In this document: positions 1 through 9,333 of the stretch, one piece after another
Layout of the letters: the number at the start of each line of letters is the position of its first letter
Numbering within the stretch: the first letter of the stretch is position 1
DNA from: an uncultured Candidatus Saccharibacteria bacterium
GTDB lineage: Bacteria; Patescibacteriota; Minisyncoccia; Phycocordibacterales; WO2-35-19
Assembly (NCBI GenBank): GCA_964630525.1
Contig: CAZVUY010000003.1
Span: 48,699-112,698, forward strand
DNA length: 64,000 bases
Direction: 5' to 3'
Notes under the pieces: model-generated
Databases searched by the model: none
Told to the model about the DNA's origin: nothing
What the model saw: only the letters and a program-made list of their open reading frames with translations
Made by a program: the position numbers and the translations under genes

Positions 1-1
1 T

Positions 2-814
2 TTTAACCAAGAGGCTTATGAAAAAGTGAAAAATCTTGGCGGACTTTTCGTCGTTGGTACTGAACGGCACGATGCTCGTCGTATCGACAACCAGCTCCGT
101 GGGCGTTCCGGCCGACAAGGTGATCCGGGCGAAACCCAATTTTTCGTCTCAATGGAGGATCATATCATGCGAGTTTTTGCGGCTGATACGGTGAAAAAAA
201 TGATGGGTCGGCTCGGTATCCCAGAAGATCAACCGATCGAGAACAAACTGATCACTCGTTCGCTCGAAAGCGCTCAGGAAAAAATCGAAGGACTCAATTT
301 TGATGCTCGCAAACACGTTTTGGAATATGATGATGTGCTCAATTTTCAACGCAAAGTCTTTTATGAAAGGAGGAGAAAGGTGTTGATGGAGCCAGCGAGC
401 GGTGAAGAAGCGGAGAGGGTGCGCCAGGTCAAACTCCAGGTTTATGATATGTTCTGGGTCGATCATTTGGAGATGATGGATTATCTGCGTAGTAGCGTGA
501 ACTTGCGCGCTTATGGTCAGCGCGACCCACTAGTCGAGTACAAGAAAGAGGGTTTGCGTTTGTTTAAAGAGATGGAAGCCTCAATTCAAAACACGATCGA
601 CGAAAATCTGCAAAAGTTGGCTGAAGCTCAGAAAACCACGGTGCTTTCGAATGTTCAAAAACAGGCGGAGCTGATTACAGACTCTGATAATTCTTCTAAT
701 CTCCCTAACCCTCTTTATTCTAAAGAGGGGACTGGAGGGAACAAGAACATTGGTCGCAACGACCCATGCTGGTGCGGCTCTGGTAAAAAATTCAAAAAAT
801 GCCACGGGGCTTAA
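2..814 (+). CDS. secA: Preprotein translocase SecA, C-terminal fragment (5' end lies outside the window)
   Basis: The ORF has no start inside the window. The SecA C-terminal region ends in the zinc-binding tail CWCGSGKKFKKCHGA. Confidence 0.85.
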   Translation, partial: FNQEAYEKVKNLGGLFVVGTERHDARRIDNQLRGRSGRQGDPGETQFFVSMEDHIMRVFAADTVKKMMGRLGIPEDQPIENKLITRSLESAQEKIEGLNFDARKHVLEYDDVLNFQRKVFYERRRKVLMEPASGEEAERVRQVKLQVYDMFWVDHLEMMDYLRSSVNLRAYGQRDPLVEYKKEGLRLFKEMEASIQNTIDENLQKLAEAQKTTVLSNVQKQAELITDSDNSSNLPNPLYSKEGTGGNKNIGRNDPCWCGSGKKFKKCHGA

Positions 815-817
815 AAA

Positions 818-1420
818 ATGAAATTTTCACCTAAGATAAAAAATCTGATCGACTTTATAGAATTCAATCACGAATTTAGAGAGGTAATTAGGGTGGCGCG
901 ATCGCCTAATGCTAAGAATTTTGAAAATGATGCCGAACATAGCTACCAACTTGCGATGGTTGCTTGGTATCTGATCGAATCTGACAAATTGAAGCTTAAT
1001 AAAGAACTTTGCTTTATGTATGCTCTTGCACATGATTTGGTAGAAATTTACGCTGGGGATACTTATTTTCTCGATAATCAAAAAGCCGAATCAAAACATA
1101 AAAGAGAAAAAGAGGCGTTATTGAAGATCAAAAAAAGATTTCCTCGTTTTAGATCACTTGTTAAAGTAATTGAACGATATGAAAAGAGGGAAGATGAAGA
1201 GAGTAAATTTATTTATGCAATTGATAAAATCATACCTCCGATCCAAATATACTTAGAGAATGGTAAATTATGGCGAGAGCAAAAAGTACCTTTTGATGGT
1301 TTGATGCAAAACAAAAATCCAAAAATTGCTCTTTCCAAACCAGTCGACAAGTATTGGCAAGAGATGAAAAGGGCGATTAGCAAAAATAAGAAAAAATTAT
1401 TTAATTATGAACACCACTGA
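818..1420 (+). CDS. HD-domain phosphohydrolase (YfbR-like)
   Basis: H...HD motif (EHSYQLAMVAW ... ALAHDLVEIYAGD). Starts 4 nt after the secA stop. Confidence 0.65.
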   Translation: MKFSPKIKNLIDFIEFNHEFREVIRVARSPNAKNFENDAEHSYQLAMVAWYLIESDKLKLNKELCFMYALAHDLVEIYAGDTYFLDNQKAESKHKREKEALLKIKKRFPRFRSLVKVIERYEKREDEESKFIYAIDKIIPPIQIYLENGKLWREQKVPFDGLMQNKNPKIALSKPVDKYWQEMKRAISKNKKKLFNYEHH

Positions 1421-1964
1421 AATCGAATGTCGGTTTTTGGAGATAGACAAGGATGACTTGGTTAAAAAACTTAAGGAGCTTGGGGCGCATGATGAAGGGG
1501 AAAATCTTATTGAGGAAACTGTGATTTATGACAAAGATCTGAAGTGGAGAGATGAACAAAAATTCGTGCGGATAAGAAAAGTTGGAAACAAAACCAAGCT
1601 GACTTATAAAGATCAAAAGATACAAACAGTAGATGGTACTTTTGAAATAGAATTTGAGATTGAAGATTACCAAAAAGCTGAACTCCTTTTTCAAAAAATA
1701 GGATTGTGGCCTTACCGACACCAACAAAAGAAGCGACATGCTTTTAAGTTGGATGGAGTTTCGATTGATATTGATTCTTGGCCTATGATTCCAACATATG
1801 TAGAACTGGAAGGTGAATCAGAAGAAGATTTAAAGAGAGTGGCAAAACTGCTTGATTTGGATTGGGAGAAAGCCGATTTCCATAATGCGAGATGGGTGAT
1901 AGAAAATGTTTACAACATTCCGGTCGGCACTTTTAGGTGGTATACCTTTGATAAATGTGAATAA
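1407..1964 (+). CDS. CYTH-domain protein (triphosphatase / class IV adenylyl cyclase fold)
   Basis: N-terminal EIECRFLEI matches the CYTH 'EIERKFL' start. Alternating acidic/basic beta-strand pattern. Overlaps the previous gene by 14 nt. Confidence 0.6.
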   Translation: MNTTEIECRFLEIDKDDLVKKLKELGAHDEGENLIEETVIYDKDLKWRDEQKFVRIRKVGNKTKLTYKDQKIQTVDGTFEIEFEIEDYQKAELLFQKIGLWPYRHQQKKRHAFKLDGVSIDIDSWPMIPTYVELEGESEEDLKRVAKLLDLDWEKADFHNARWVIENVYNIPVGTFRWYTFDKCE

Positions 1965-1965
1965 A

Positions 1966-2481
1966 ATGCGGGGAACTATTCCAGAATTTGGTATAAAACG
2001 GGAAAATGAGGAGCACCGAGATGGTGGTTGTGGAGTGGTTTTTGATCCGAAGACACAAAAATATGCGGTAGGAGAAAAAACTGATTCTGGTTTTTTTATA
2101 CTATTTTCAGGCGGAGTTGATAAAGGTGAAGATATAAAAGGGGGGATTTTGAGAGAGGTGACCGAAGAGAGCGGGCTTTACGATTTTGGTCATATCGAAA
2201 AGATAGCTGAAGCTTTTACTCATTATCGAAATACGGCGAAAAATGTAAACCGTGTCGCCCATGCGACGTGCTTTCTGGTTATTTTAAAGAGCACAAATTT
2301 GAAAAATACCAAACTAGAAGAACACGAAAAATTTGTTTTAAAATGGAAAACTTTGGAAGAAATTTTTGCTAACTGGAAAGAAAGCAATCAAAATAAAGAC
2401 AATGATCATTGGTTTTATTTTATGGAAAAAGCTGTCGCTCGAGCAAAAGAACTTGGATATGACAAGACAAGCAAAATATGA
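1966..2481 (+). CDS. NUDIX hydrolase
   Basis: Nudix box GGVDKGEDIKGGILREVTEESGL. ATG at 1966 directly after the CYTH stop; the track ORF starts upstream at 1906. Confidence 0.7.
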   Translation: MRGTIPEFGIKRENEEHRDGGCGVVFDPKTQKYAVGEKTDSGFFILFSGGVDKGEDIKGGILREVTEESGLYDFGHIEKIAEAFTHYRNTAKNVNRVAHATCFLVILKSTNLKNTKLEEHEKFVLKWKTLEEIFANWKESNQNKDNDHWFYFMEKAVARAKELGYDKTSKI

Positions 2482-2639
2482 AAAAACGGACCGTTGAAAA
2501 AATCCATCACTTTAGTTGTGAGAAGTGCAAAAGATGGTGGAGTGTAGGGGACGCGCCTCCTGAAAAGAAAAACTGGTTTTGTCCTTGGTGTGGTAAGGAA
2601 AATTTATACAAAAATCCACGGCCGTGGGAAAGTGTATAA
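2478..2639 (+). CDS. Small zinc-ribbon protein (53 aa, 2x CxxC)
   Basis: Its ATG overlaps the NUDIX stop (ATGA). CEKC...CPWC motifs. Below the ORF track's 60 aa cutoff. Confidence 0.4.
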   Translation: MKKRTVEKIHHFSCEKCKRWWSVGDAPPEKKNWFCPWCGKENLYKNPRPWESV

Positions 2640-2723
2640 AATGTAGCGATTAATTGCTACAAAATGGGAACTTCCTTTTTTGTTAGAGATGTGTAAGATT
2701 GAGGAAGGAAGGAGATTGATTGT

Positions 2724-2951
2724 ATGACAATTGACCTAATAGACGCTCGTTTTGAAGAAGAGAGGAAGAGGACAAAAAAGTGTTTGGATCAAGTGCTCCA
2801 GTATCTTTCACATGACACTTCTCCTACTCGAAAAAAACTTGCTGAAGTTTTGAGGCAGCAGGCTTATCTGGTTGAATCAGAATCCAATATAGATTGTTTT
2901 TCAGCTAAGTATGATATGACTGGAAAGGATGAATATGTCTGCGAAGATTGA
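2724..2951 (+). CDS. Hypothetical protein (75 aa)
   Basis: ORF with upstream GGAAGGAGA RBS. Confidence 0.4.
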   Translation: MTIDLIDARFEEERKRTKKCLDQVLQYLSHDTSPTRKKLAEVLRQQAYLVESESNIDCFSAKYDMTGKDEYVCED

Positions 2952-3285
2952 CAGCGATCTCAAGCAAATGGACATCGGTTCTCTTAGACGAGAAGTGATG
3001 AAACTACGCAGAGCCATTCGCCTGGAGCTGAGGCATACTGGCAATCGGCGCTGTTGGATCAACTTGGCAAATGTTTTGCCAGAAGGGGGCGAAATCTGCC
3101 CTCTGAATCTACCAGAAGAAGAGTTTCTGAAGAATTGTGCTCGTTATTACAAGCGCAACAAGAGGAAGAATCCAATTGAAAGAAATAACTTGATCAAAGT
3201 CATCCAAGAGATCGCAGAAAACCAAAAGCAGTTTGATGATTATAAGAAAAGGTCGGGATTGCGCCACTTGACCTTCACCTTGTGA
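2929..3285 (+). CDS. Hypothetical basic protein (118 aa)
   Basis: ORF overlapping the previous gene by 23 nt. Confidence 0.4.
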   Translation: MNMSAKIDSDLKQMDIGSLRREVMKLRRAIRLELRHTGNRRCWINLANVLPEGGEICPLNLPEEEFLKNCARYYKRNKRKNPIERNNLIKVIQEIAENQKQFDDYKKRSGLRHLTFTL

Positions 3286-3380
3286 CTTTTAGAGTCCGAT
3301 GCGAGAGACGATCTCGTGTCGGACTTTCGCTTTTTGGGCCAGTATTTTGCTATAATTCGACTTACTAATAACAAAAAATT

Positions 3381-3626
3381 ATGGAAGGATTTCAAAGGCC
3401 TAATACGGTGGAAGGAATAACGAAAATAATAGAAAATTTTGCCGAGCAAAATGAAATGGCGATTGAGGATTTATTTTCTGATGTGCTTACTTTTGCAGAA
3501 TTAGCTGAGGCGGGTGATGGGGCAGAAGAATATTTTGTTGAAATGGAGGAGTTAGCCGGTATTTCTAGAGCAGAAATGATCCAAGCGGCAAATGCGTATA
3601 AAGAGTCTCAAGAATCAGAAGAATAA
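3381..3626 (+). CDS. Hypothetical acidic protein (81 aa)
   Basis: ORF. Very acidic C-terminal half. Confidence 0.4.
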   Translation: MEGFQRPNTVEGITKIIENFAEQNEMAIEDLFSDVLTFAELAEAGDGAEEYFVEMEELAGISRAEMIQAANAYKESQESEE

Positions 3627-3628
3627 TT

Positions 3629-3943
3629 ATGGAAGAGTTAAATAATCAGGAACGTTTTGGGGATTTTAAAAATAGAATTTCAGAAATTTTTAAAACGGAA
3701 GGTCTTTCTGAAAACTTATTAGCAGAAGTAGAGAAGTGGCATAATCGCAGATATGAAGAGACTGATAGGCAAGGTGGCACCATAGAACAAAGAATTACCT
3801 TTCAGATGGAATTGGCAGAAATTTATCTAATCACAGAAAGGGTAGATCTTGCTTTGGAGATTTTAGATGATGCTTGGACTCAGGCTGATCAAGAAGGTTT
3901 ACAGGATCTTGCAGCTAAAATTGGAGATATAATAAGAGGTTAA
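3629..3943 (+). CDS. Hypothetical acidic protein (104 aa)
   Basis: ORF starting 2 nt after the previous stop. Confidence 0.4.
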   Translation: MEELNNQERFGDFKNRISEIFKTEGLSENLLAEVEKWHNRRYEETDRQGGTIEQRITFQMELAEIYLITERVDLALEILDDAWTQADQEGLQDLAAKIGDIIRG

Positions 3944-3965
3944 TGAGTTATCTAAAATAGATATT

Positions 3966-4110
3966 AAAAACGGCTGGGAGCGTAAGCTGCCAGCCGGGGG
4001 CGTCGGGTCTCTTGGGTTGTTCGCATAACAAACTCATTGTAGGCGTCCCACAAACGCCTCGTTGTTCGGCCCGCAGGGCGCAGGCCTACACCCGACATTG
4101 GTCATATGAT
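3966..4110. ncRNA. Candidate structured non-coding RNA, class unknown
   Basis: GC-rich intergenic block in an AT-rich genome. An 11-bp stem with a GUAA tetraloop lies at 3971-3996. A long-range 7-bp pairing joins GTCGGGT (4002-4008) to ACCCGAC (4090-4096). Internal hairpins are AGGCGT/ACGCCT and TTGTT/AACAA, and GTTGTTCG occurs twice as a direct repeat. Confidence 0.3.
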
Positions 4111-4167
4111 AGCCAAGTTACTCATTTGGTCAAGTTGCCGTTTACGATTTAATGTGTACTATGAATT

Positions 4168-4851
4168 ATGGAAAGGCTCTGTATGTCCAAAAAATTCAAC
4201 AATGGCTATGCGTTTGAGCGATATGTATTCGGTGAGCCGATCTTAAAAAGGGAGGCTCACCAGATCCAAGCGTCAGCGATCACTTTCAGCAATGCTTTAA
4301 GGAGGGTGATCGCCAATGCAAACGGGCATTTGCATTCTCAGCACCCTAAAACAGAAGTAGGGAGAGATTTGTGGCATTTCGTGCGCAAATTTTTGGTTGC
4401 AGCTCAATTGCCCATTCAGAAGTTTGGGTTCTATTCTGCCATCAAGACAGATGCCGACTTTCGGTACGGGGTCGATGGCTTCTTTTATTTGGTTAGCCAA
4501 GACAAGGAGGCTTTGGCAATAATTGACGCTTTTCTGATTCCGAATTTTCTGATTGAAAAATTGGAAAACCGGCAATTCAGTTCTTGTTCGCAAGTCCAAG
4601 ATGAGTTGTACCGGATGAAGAGAATCATCAGACAGGTAAAACAGTCAAATCCAAACAATGAGTTAACCTGGCCCCAATTTTGGCAAATATATAACAACAA
4701 AGAATCCGCGAAAGAATTTGTGAGGTTCAAGAATTCTTTCGTTTTTACCCAGTATGATTTGCGTAGGCCAAAGGGGATCAAGGAGTTGGGTAAAGAGATC
4801 GCCAGGTCCCTCTTTTGGCAGATACGACCCGGGGTAAAGTTATCTTTCTAG
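4168..4851 (+). CDS. Hypothetical protein (227 aa)
   Basis: ORF directly downstream of the structured RNA candidate. No recognisable domain. Confidence 0.45.
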   Translation: MERLCMSKKFNNGYAFERYVFGEPILKREAHQIQASAITFSNALRRVIANANGHLHSQHPKTEVGRDLWHFVRKFLVAAQLPIQKFGFYSAIKTDADFRYGVDGFFYLVSQDKEALAIIDAFLIPNFLIEKLENRQFSSCSQVQDELYRMKRIIRQVKQSNPNNELTWPQFWQIYNNKESAKEFVRFKNSFVFTQYDLRRPKGIKELGKEIARSLFWQIRPGVKLSF

Positions 4852-4862
4852 CTTCGGAAGGA

Positions 4863-4896
4863 AGCGGCCAGTTGGAGGCTGGTCGCTTTTATTTTG
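4863..4896 (+). terminator. Rho-independent terminator
   Basis: AGCGGCCAG-N7-CTGGTCGCT stem followed by TTTTATTTT. Confidence 0.5.
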
Positions 4897-4936
4897 AGGG
4901 TGTAATAAGATTATCGATATCAAATAATTACATTTA

Positions 4937-5575
4937 ATGATCGAATCACTCATACTTTTTTTACAGGTCAATGTTTTGCCGCTCGGGGCGCTCGGGGTAT
5001 TTTTGGCGAGCGTGATCGAAGAGGTGGTAGCTCCCATTCCATCGGCTCTTATCATGACCATGTCGGGCTTTCTGTTGGTGTCCGGGCCGGTCTCGGTTGG
5101 GACAATAACAAGCTTATTACTCAAAGTCGCGCTGCCCGCAGCCTTGGGAGTGACGATCGGCTCTTACGTCGTTTACTTCGCGGCTCGTTATGGTGGTAAG
5201 TTTGTAATTGAAAAATGGGGTAAATATATAGGTCTTTACTGGAGCGATATCGAAAAGTTACAAAACAAACTTTCAGGTACAAAGAGCGATGAACTTTTGA
5301 TAGCTGGAGCCAGAGTGCTACCGATTGTACCATCGGTCGCCATCTCGGCATTTTGCGGAATCATCGGTATGAATGCCGCCAAATATTTCCTGATTAGCTT
5401 GGTTGGCACGTTTCTAAGGGGGATTATTTTGGGTAGTATTGGTTGGCAGGTGGGCAATGTTTACGCTCGGTATGCCAAAGTGGTCGCTTCAGTAGAAAAT
5501 ATAGTGCTTTTATCCACCGTTTTTATTTTTATCGGATTTGTTGTGTTAAAATATAAAGGTAAATTGGGGGAGTGA
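4937..5575 (+). CDS. DedA/VTT-family membrane protein
   Basis: LGALGVFLASVIEEVVAPIPS motif. Multi-pass membrane protein. Confidence 0.75.
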   Translation: MIESLILFLQVNVLPLGALGVFLASVIEEVVAPIPSALIMTMSGFLLVSGPVSVGTITSLLLKVALPAALGVTIGSYVVYFAARYGGKFVIEKWGKYIGLYWSDIEKLQNKLSGTKSDELLIAGARVLPIVPSVAISAFCGIIGMNAAKYFLISLVGTFLRGIILGSIGWQVGNVYARYAKVVASVENIVLLSTVFIFIGFVVLKYKGKLGE

Positions 5576-5599
5576 GCACTATCCTTCAGTTTTACCCAT

Positions 5600-6646
5600 A
5601 TGTCTCAAAAAACTATCCAACTATCATTTTTTATCGCGCTTACTTTGGGACTTTTGGTACTCGCTTTCTTTGTTTTTAAGCCCTATCTCGGGATCATCTT
5701 TATCGCCAGTGTGTTGTCAGTCCTCTTTTACCCCCTTTACCAGAAATTTCTTATCTGGTTCAATGGCCGGCCGGGCCTCTCGGCTCTCGCTACACTTTTG
5801 GTGATTGTGGTCGCCATTGTTTTGCCAGCAATTTTCATATCAGCGAGCGTTTTTTCAGAAGCGATCGGTCTCTATAATTCGATCGCTTTCGGTGGCGGGG
5901 CTCAAAAAGCGATAGATTACATTGACCTGCTTTCCTCTAAGGTTGGTGGGTCGCTTTTCAATAATCCGACTTTTGAAATAGGTATCGAAAATTATTTTCG
6001 AGATATCTTGGGTTGGGTGATCAGTCATTTCGATTCTATTTTCTCAGCAGTATTCAAAGGGATTTTGGGTTTTGTCTTGATGCTCATCTCGATCTACTAT
6101 TTGCTGCGCAATGGTACCAAACTCAAAGAGGCGATCGTGATGTGGAGCCCGCTACCAGACAATTATGACGAAGAGATATTGGTGGCTCTGCGATCTTCTG
6201 TTGATGCGGTGATTCGCGGGAGGCTCCTAGTTTCGGTGGCCCAAGGTGTTTTTTTGAGCATTGGCTTCGTTATTTTCGGAGTGGCCAACCCAGTGTTGTG
6301 GGGTTTTGTGGGTAGTATCGCTTCTCTTATCCCAGCTCTCGGCACTTCGCTCATCACAATTCCGGCAGTGCTCTATCTTTTTGTAAACGGAAGTTATGGT
6401 GCGGGCTTAGGTCTTTTGGTTTGGGGAGCAGTGGCAGTCGGTTTGGTCGACGATACCCTTTCTTTCTTTATTTTGAAAAGAAGTATAAAAATTCACCCGC
6501 TCCTGATCCTCTTCTCTATTTTAGGCGGAGTCCAATTGTTCGGGATCATTGGTTTGATAGCCGGACCGGTCGTTATCAGTGCTTTTCTGGCGCTACTTCG
6601 GGTTTACCCCTTTATCCTTCGCCAGGATTTATCTACCAAAATGTAA
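5600..6646 (+). CDS. AI-2E family transporter (PerM/UPF0118)
   Basis: Roughly 350 aa polytopic membrane protein with the typical AI-2E layout. Confidence 0.7.
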   Translation: MSQKTIQLSFFIALTLGLLVLAFFVFKPYLGIIFIASVLSVLFYPLYQKFLIWFNGRPGLSALATLLVIVVAIVLPAIFISASVFSEAIGLYNSIAFGGGAQKAIDYIDLLSSKVGGSLFNNPTFEIGIENYFRDILGWVISHFDSIFSAVFKGILGFVLMLISIYYLLRNGTKLKEAIVMWSPLPDNYDEEILVALRSSVDAVIRGRLLVSVAQGVFLSIGFVIFGVANPVLWGFVGSIASLIPALGTSLITIPAVLYLFVNGSYGAGLGLLVWGAVAVGLVDDTLSFFILKRSIKIHPLLILFSILGGVQLFGIIGLIAGPVVISAFLALLRVYPFILRQDLSTKM

Positions 6647-6649
6647 ACA

Positions 6650-7939
6650 ATGGCAAGTTCGAGGTTACCAAGTGTACTCATGTTTGGGTGGGAGTTCCCA
6701 CCTTTTAATAGTGGTGGACTTGGAGTGGCCTGTGAGGGCTTGACCAAAGCGTTGTCGGCAAGCGGGGTCGACTTGACTTTTGTGTTGCCTTTTAAAATCC
6801 CGGTGGCGGCTTCCTGGTGCCGTTTTGTTTTTGCCAATGATTCGACCACTTTTAAAAATGAGGCCCAGATCCGGACACTTTTTGCTGGTTATCAGAGTCA
6901 TTCTGATACTGTTTATACTAAAAAATATGGGTTACCAAAAAATATTTCTGGCAGTTTGGTTGAGCGGGTACGCACTTATGCTCACAGTGCACCAGCGGTG
7001 GCGGCACGAGTCGAACATTCGGTGATCCATGCCCATGATTGGCTTACTTACCCGGCCGGGATAGCTGCCAAAGAAGTTTCTGGTAAGCCGCTGGTCGCTC
7101 ATGTGCATGCGACCGAGTTTGATCGTAGTGGAGGGGACAGTGTCAACCGAGAAATTTTTGAAGTGGAGATGGAAGGTTTTCATAAAGCCGATCGGGTGGT
7201 CACTGTTTCTGGTCTTACCAGAAAAAAAGTAATTGAAAAGTACGGAGTTGCACCAGAAAAGGTGCAAGTGGTCTACAATGGAATTGAATTTGGTACTAAC
7301 CACTCTGCGATCGAGCACAATCTGGAAAAGCTTAAGAGAGAAGGTAATTCAATTGTTTTGTTTGTAGGCCGGATCACTCTCCAAAAAGGTCCGGAGTTTT
7401 TTGTTGAGATGGCCAAGCGGGTGATGAGTTATGAACCAAACACATTTTTCGTAGTTTCGGGAAGTGGAGATATGGAAGGAGAAATGATTGGAAGGGTGGC
7501 AGCGGCCGGACTTTCTCACAAATTTATATTCTGTGGTTTCTTGCGAGGAGATGAGCTTGCACGAGTTTACAAAGCAGCCGATATTTTCGTGATGCCCTCG
7601 GTTTCTGAGCCGTTCGGGTTAGTGCCACTAGAGGCAATGATTTCAGAAGTACCGGTCCTAATCTCTAAAGAATCCGGAGTGAGTGAAATATTATCGACAG
7701 CGCTCAAATCTCATTTTTGGGACATAGACGATATGGCCGACAAAGTGGTGAGTGTTTTGCGTCATCAGAAACTAAAAAAACATTTGAGTATAAATGGTCG
7801 CGAAGAAGTGAAGACTATCCACTGGAAAAAAGCTGCAGACACCTTGATCTCAGTGTATAATTCTCTAGACAATGCCTTCGGTATGCTTTTACTTCCAAGT
7901 TCACCAGCCGTTGCGGGTGCGAAAGTACCGCATTTTTGA
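6650..7939 (+). CDS. Glycosyltransferase, GT4/GT5 glycogen-synthase-like
   Basis: N-terminal FGWEFPPFNSGGLGVACEGLTKAL and C-terminal SEPFGLVPLEAM motifs. Confidence 0.7.
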   Translation: MASSRLPSVLMFGWEFPPFNSGGLGVACEGLTKALSASGVDLTFVLPFKIPVAASWCRFVFANDSTTFKNEAQIRTLFAGYQSHSDTVYTKKYGLPKNISGSLVERVRTYAHSAPAVAARVEHSVIHAHDWLTYPAGIAAKEVSGKPLVAHVHATEFDRSGGDSVNREIFEVEMEGFHKADRVVTVSGLTRKKVIEKYGVAPEKVQVVYNGIEFGTNHSAIEHNLEKLKREGNSIVLFVGRITLQKGPEFFVEMAKRVMSYEPNTFFVVSGSGDMEGEMIGRVAAAGLSHKFIFCGFLRGDELARVYKAADIFVMPSVSEPFGLVPLEAMISEVPVLISKESGVSEILSTALKSHFWDIDDMADKVVSVLRHQKLKKHLSINGREEVKTIHWKKAADTLISVYNSLDNAFGMLLLPSSPAVAGAKVPHF

Positions 7940-9131
7940 TGTTGGTAACAACCGTTCTTATTTTAGCGACGAGAGCGGCACCAGCCTGGACAACAGAGCA
8001 ATCGTCGAGAAAGTGGCTACCAAATGTTATCTGCCAGCCAACGCTACTATTCTCGAAAATATAAAAAGCAATCCTGATTTCAAAGTGAGCTACTCGATCT
8101 CTGGGGTGGCACTCGAACAGTTTGAAAAGTTTAAGCCAGAAGTTATCGATTCGTTCAAAGCGCTGATTGACACCGGCAATGTCGAGCTGCTTTCTGAGAC
8201 TTATCACCACTCACTCTCTTCTATTTTTGCTGAGGATGAGTTTGTCAATCAGGTCAAAATGCACCGCAAGAAAGTGAGGGACATGTTTGGCGTCACTCCA
8301 ACTATTTTCCGCAACACGGAGCTTATTTATTCCAACGAGATTGCTCGTTTGGCAGAGGCGATGGGTTACAAAGGTATTTTGGCTGAAGGAGCCGACCATG
8401 TTTTGGGTTGGCGTAGCCCCACCTTTCTTTATCGACCGGTTGGTACGGAAAAAATAAAATTACTACTCAAGCATTATCGACTTTCCGATGATATCGCTTT
8501 TCGTTTTAGTCAGCGGAGTTGGGAAGGTTGGCCACTCACTGCGCCCAAGTTTGCTGATTGGGTAGCTTCGCACAATGGCAATGGGCAGACAGTCAATCTT
8601 TTCATGGATTATGAGACTTTCGGTGAACATCAGTGGGAGGATACCGGTATTTTCGAATTTTTGCGTCATTTGCCAGGAGAGATTTTGCGCAATCCGGACA
8701 ATAATTTTCTCACTCCTTCTGAAGTGGTTGATCGCTACGAGGCGGCAGCCGAACTCGATGTGCCGTACCATGTCTCTTGGGCCGATACTGAGCGCGACCT
8801 CTCGGCTTGGATGTCAAATGATTTACAAAATGAAGCACTGCGAACTGTCTATGATTTGGGTAAAGAAATAGTACACGTGAATGATCCTGAACTTTTGGAA
8901 GATTGGCGGCGATTGCAGACTTCTGATCACTTCTACTATATGTGCACCAAATATTTCAATGACGGCGATGTTCACAAATACTTTTCTCCATACGAGTCGC
9001 CCTACGAAGCCTTTATTGCTTATATGAATGTGATGCAAGATATGCGTCTGCGCCTTGAAGAGGCCAAGAAAAATGAATCACACGGGATTAGCATTCATCG
9101 AGTGAAGCCACTTCGTTTTAGTGAAATGTAA
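7872..9131 (+). CDS. Glycoside hydrolase family 57 (alpha-glucan acting)
   Basis: N-terminal FYFQVHQP matches the GH57 FHQHQP signature. About 420 aa. Confidence 0.75.
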   Translation: MPSVCFYFQVHQPLRVRKYRIFDVGNNRSYFSDESGTSLDNRAIVEKVATKCYLPANATILENIKSNPDFKVSYSISGVALEQFEKFKPEVIDSFKALIDTGNVELLSETYHHSLSSIFAEDEFVNQVKMHRKKVRDMFGVTPTIFRNTELIYSNEIARLAEAMGYKGILAEGADHVLGWRSPTFLYRPVGTEKIKLLLKHYRLSDDIAFRFSQRSWEGWPLTAPKFADWVASHNGNGQTVNLFMDYETFGEHQWEDTGIFEFLRHLPGEILRNPDNNFLTPSEVVDRYEAAAELDVPYHVSWADTERDLSAWMSNDLQNEALRTVYDLGKEIVHVNDPELLEDWRRLQTSDHFYYMCTKYFNDGDVHKYFSPYESPYEAFIAYMNVMQDMRLRLEEAKKNESHGISIHRVKPLRFSEM

Positions 9132-9333
9132 TTCACATAAACTGATTGCATTTTGTTATTTTTTTTCTAAAATACTGGGAGGAGCATTCCAAGAGAGAGA
9201 TGAGGGACAACTTCGGGTCGCAGCCATTTTCATACTTGGCTCGCGACCCTCTTTTTATATAAAAATAGAGAGGGCGCCTCGTCTTAAACCTTGCGGCTTG
9301 TAACGAAGCGCCCTTCTTGCGGGGGAGGAGGCG

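Noticed and set aside
3966-4110. Assignment of the structured RNA to SRP RNA, tmRNA, RNase P RNA or group II intron domain V
   Set aside because: None of the family signature motifs is present by eye (GGAAGCAGC, the tmRNA tag ORF and T-arm, GGAAAGTCCGG, or the AGC triad with bulge). It is left as class unknown.
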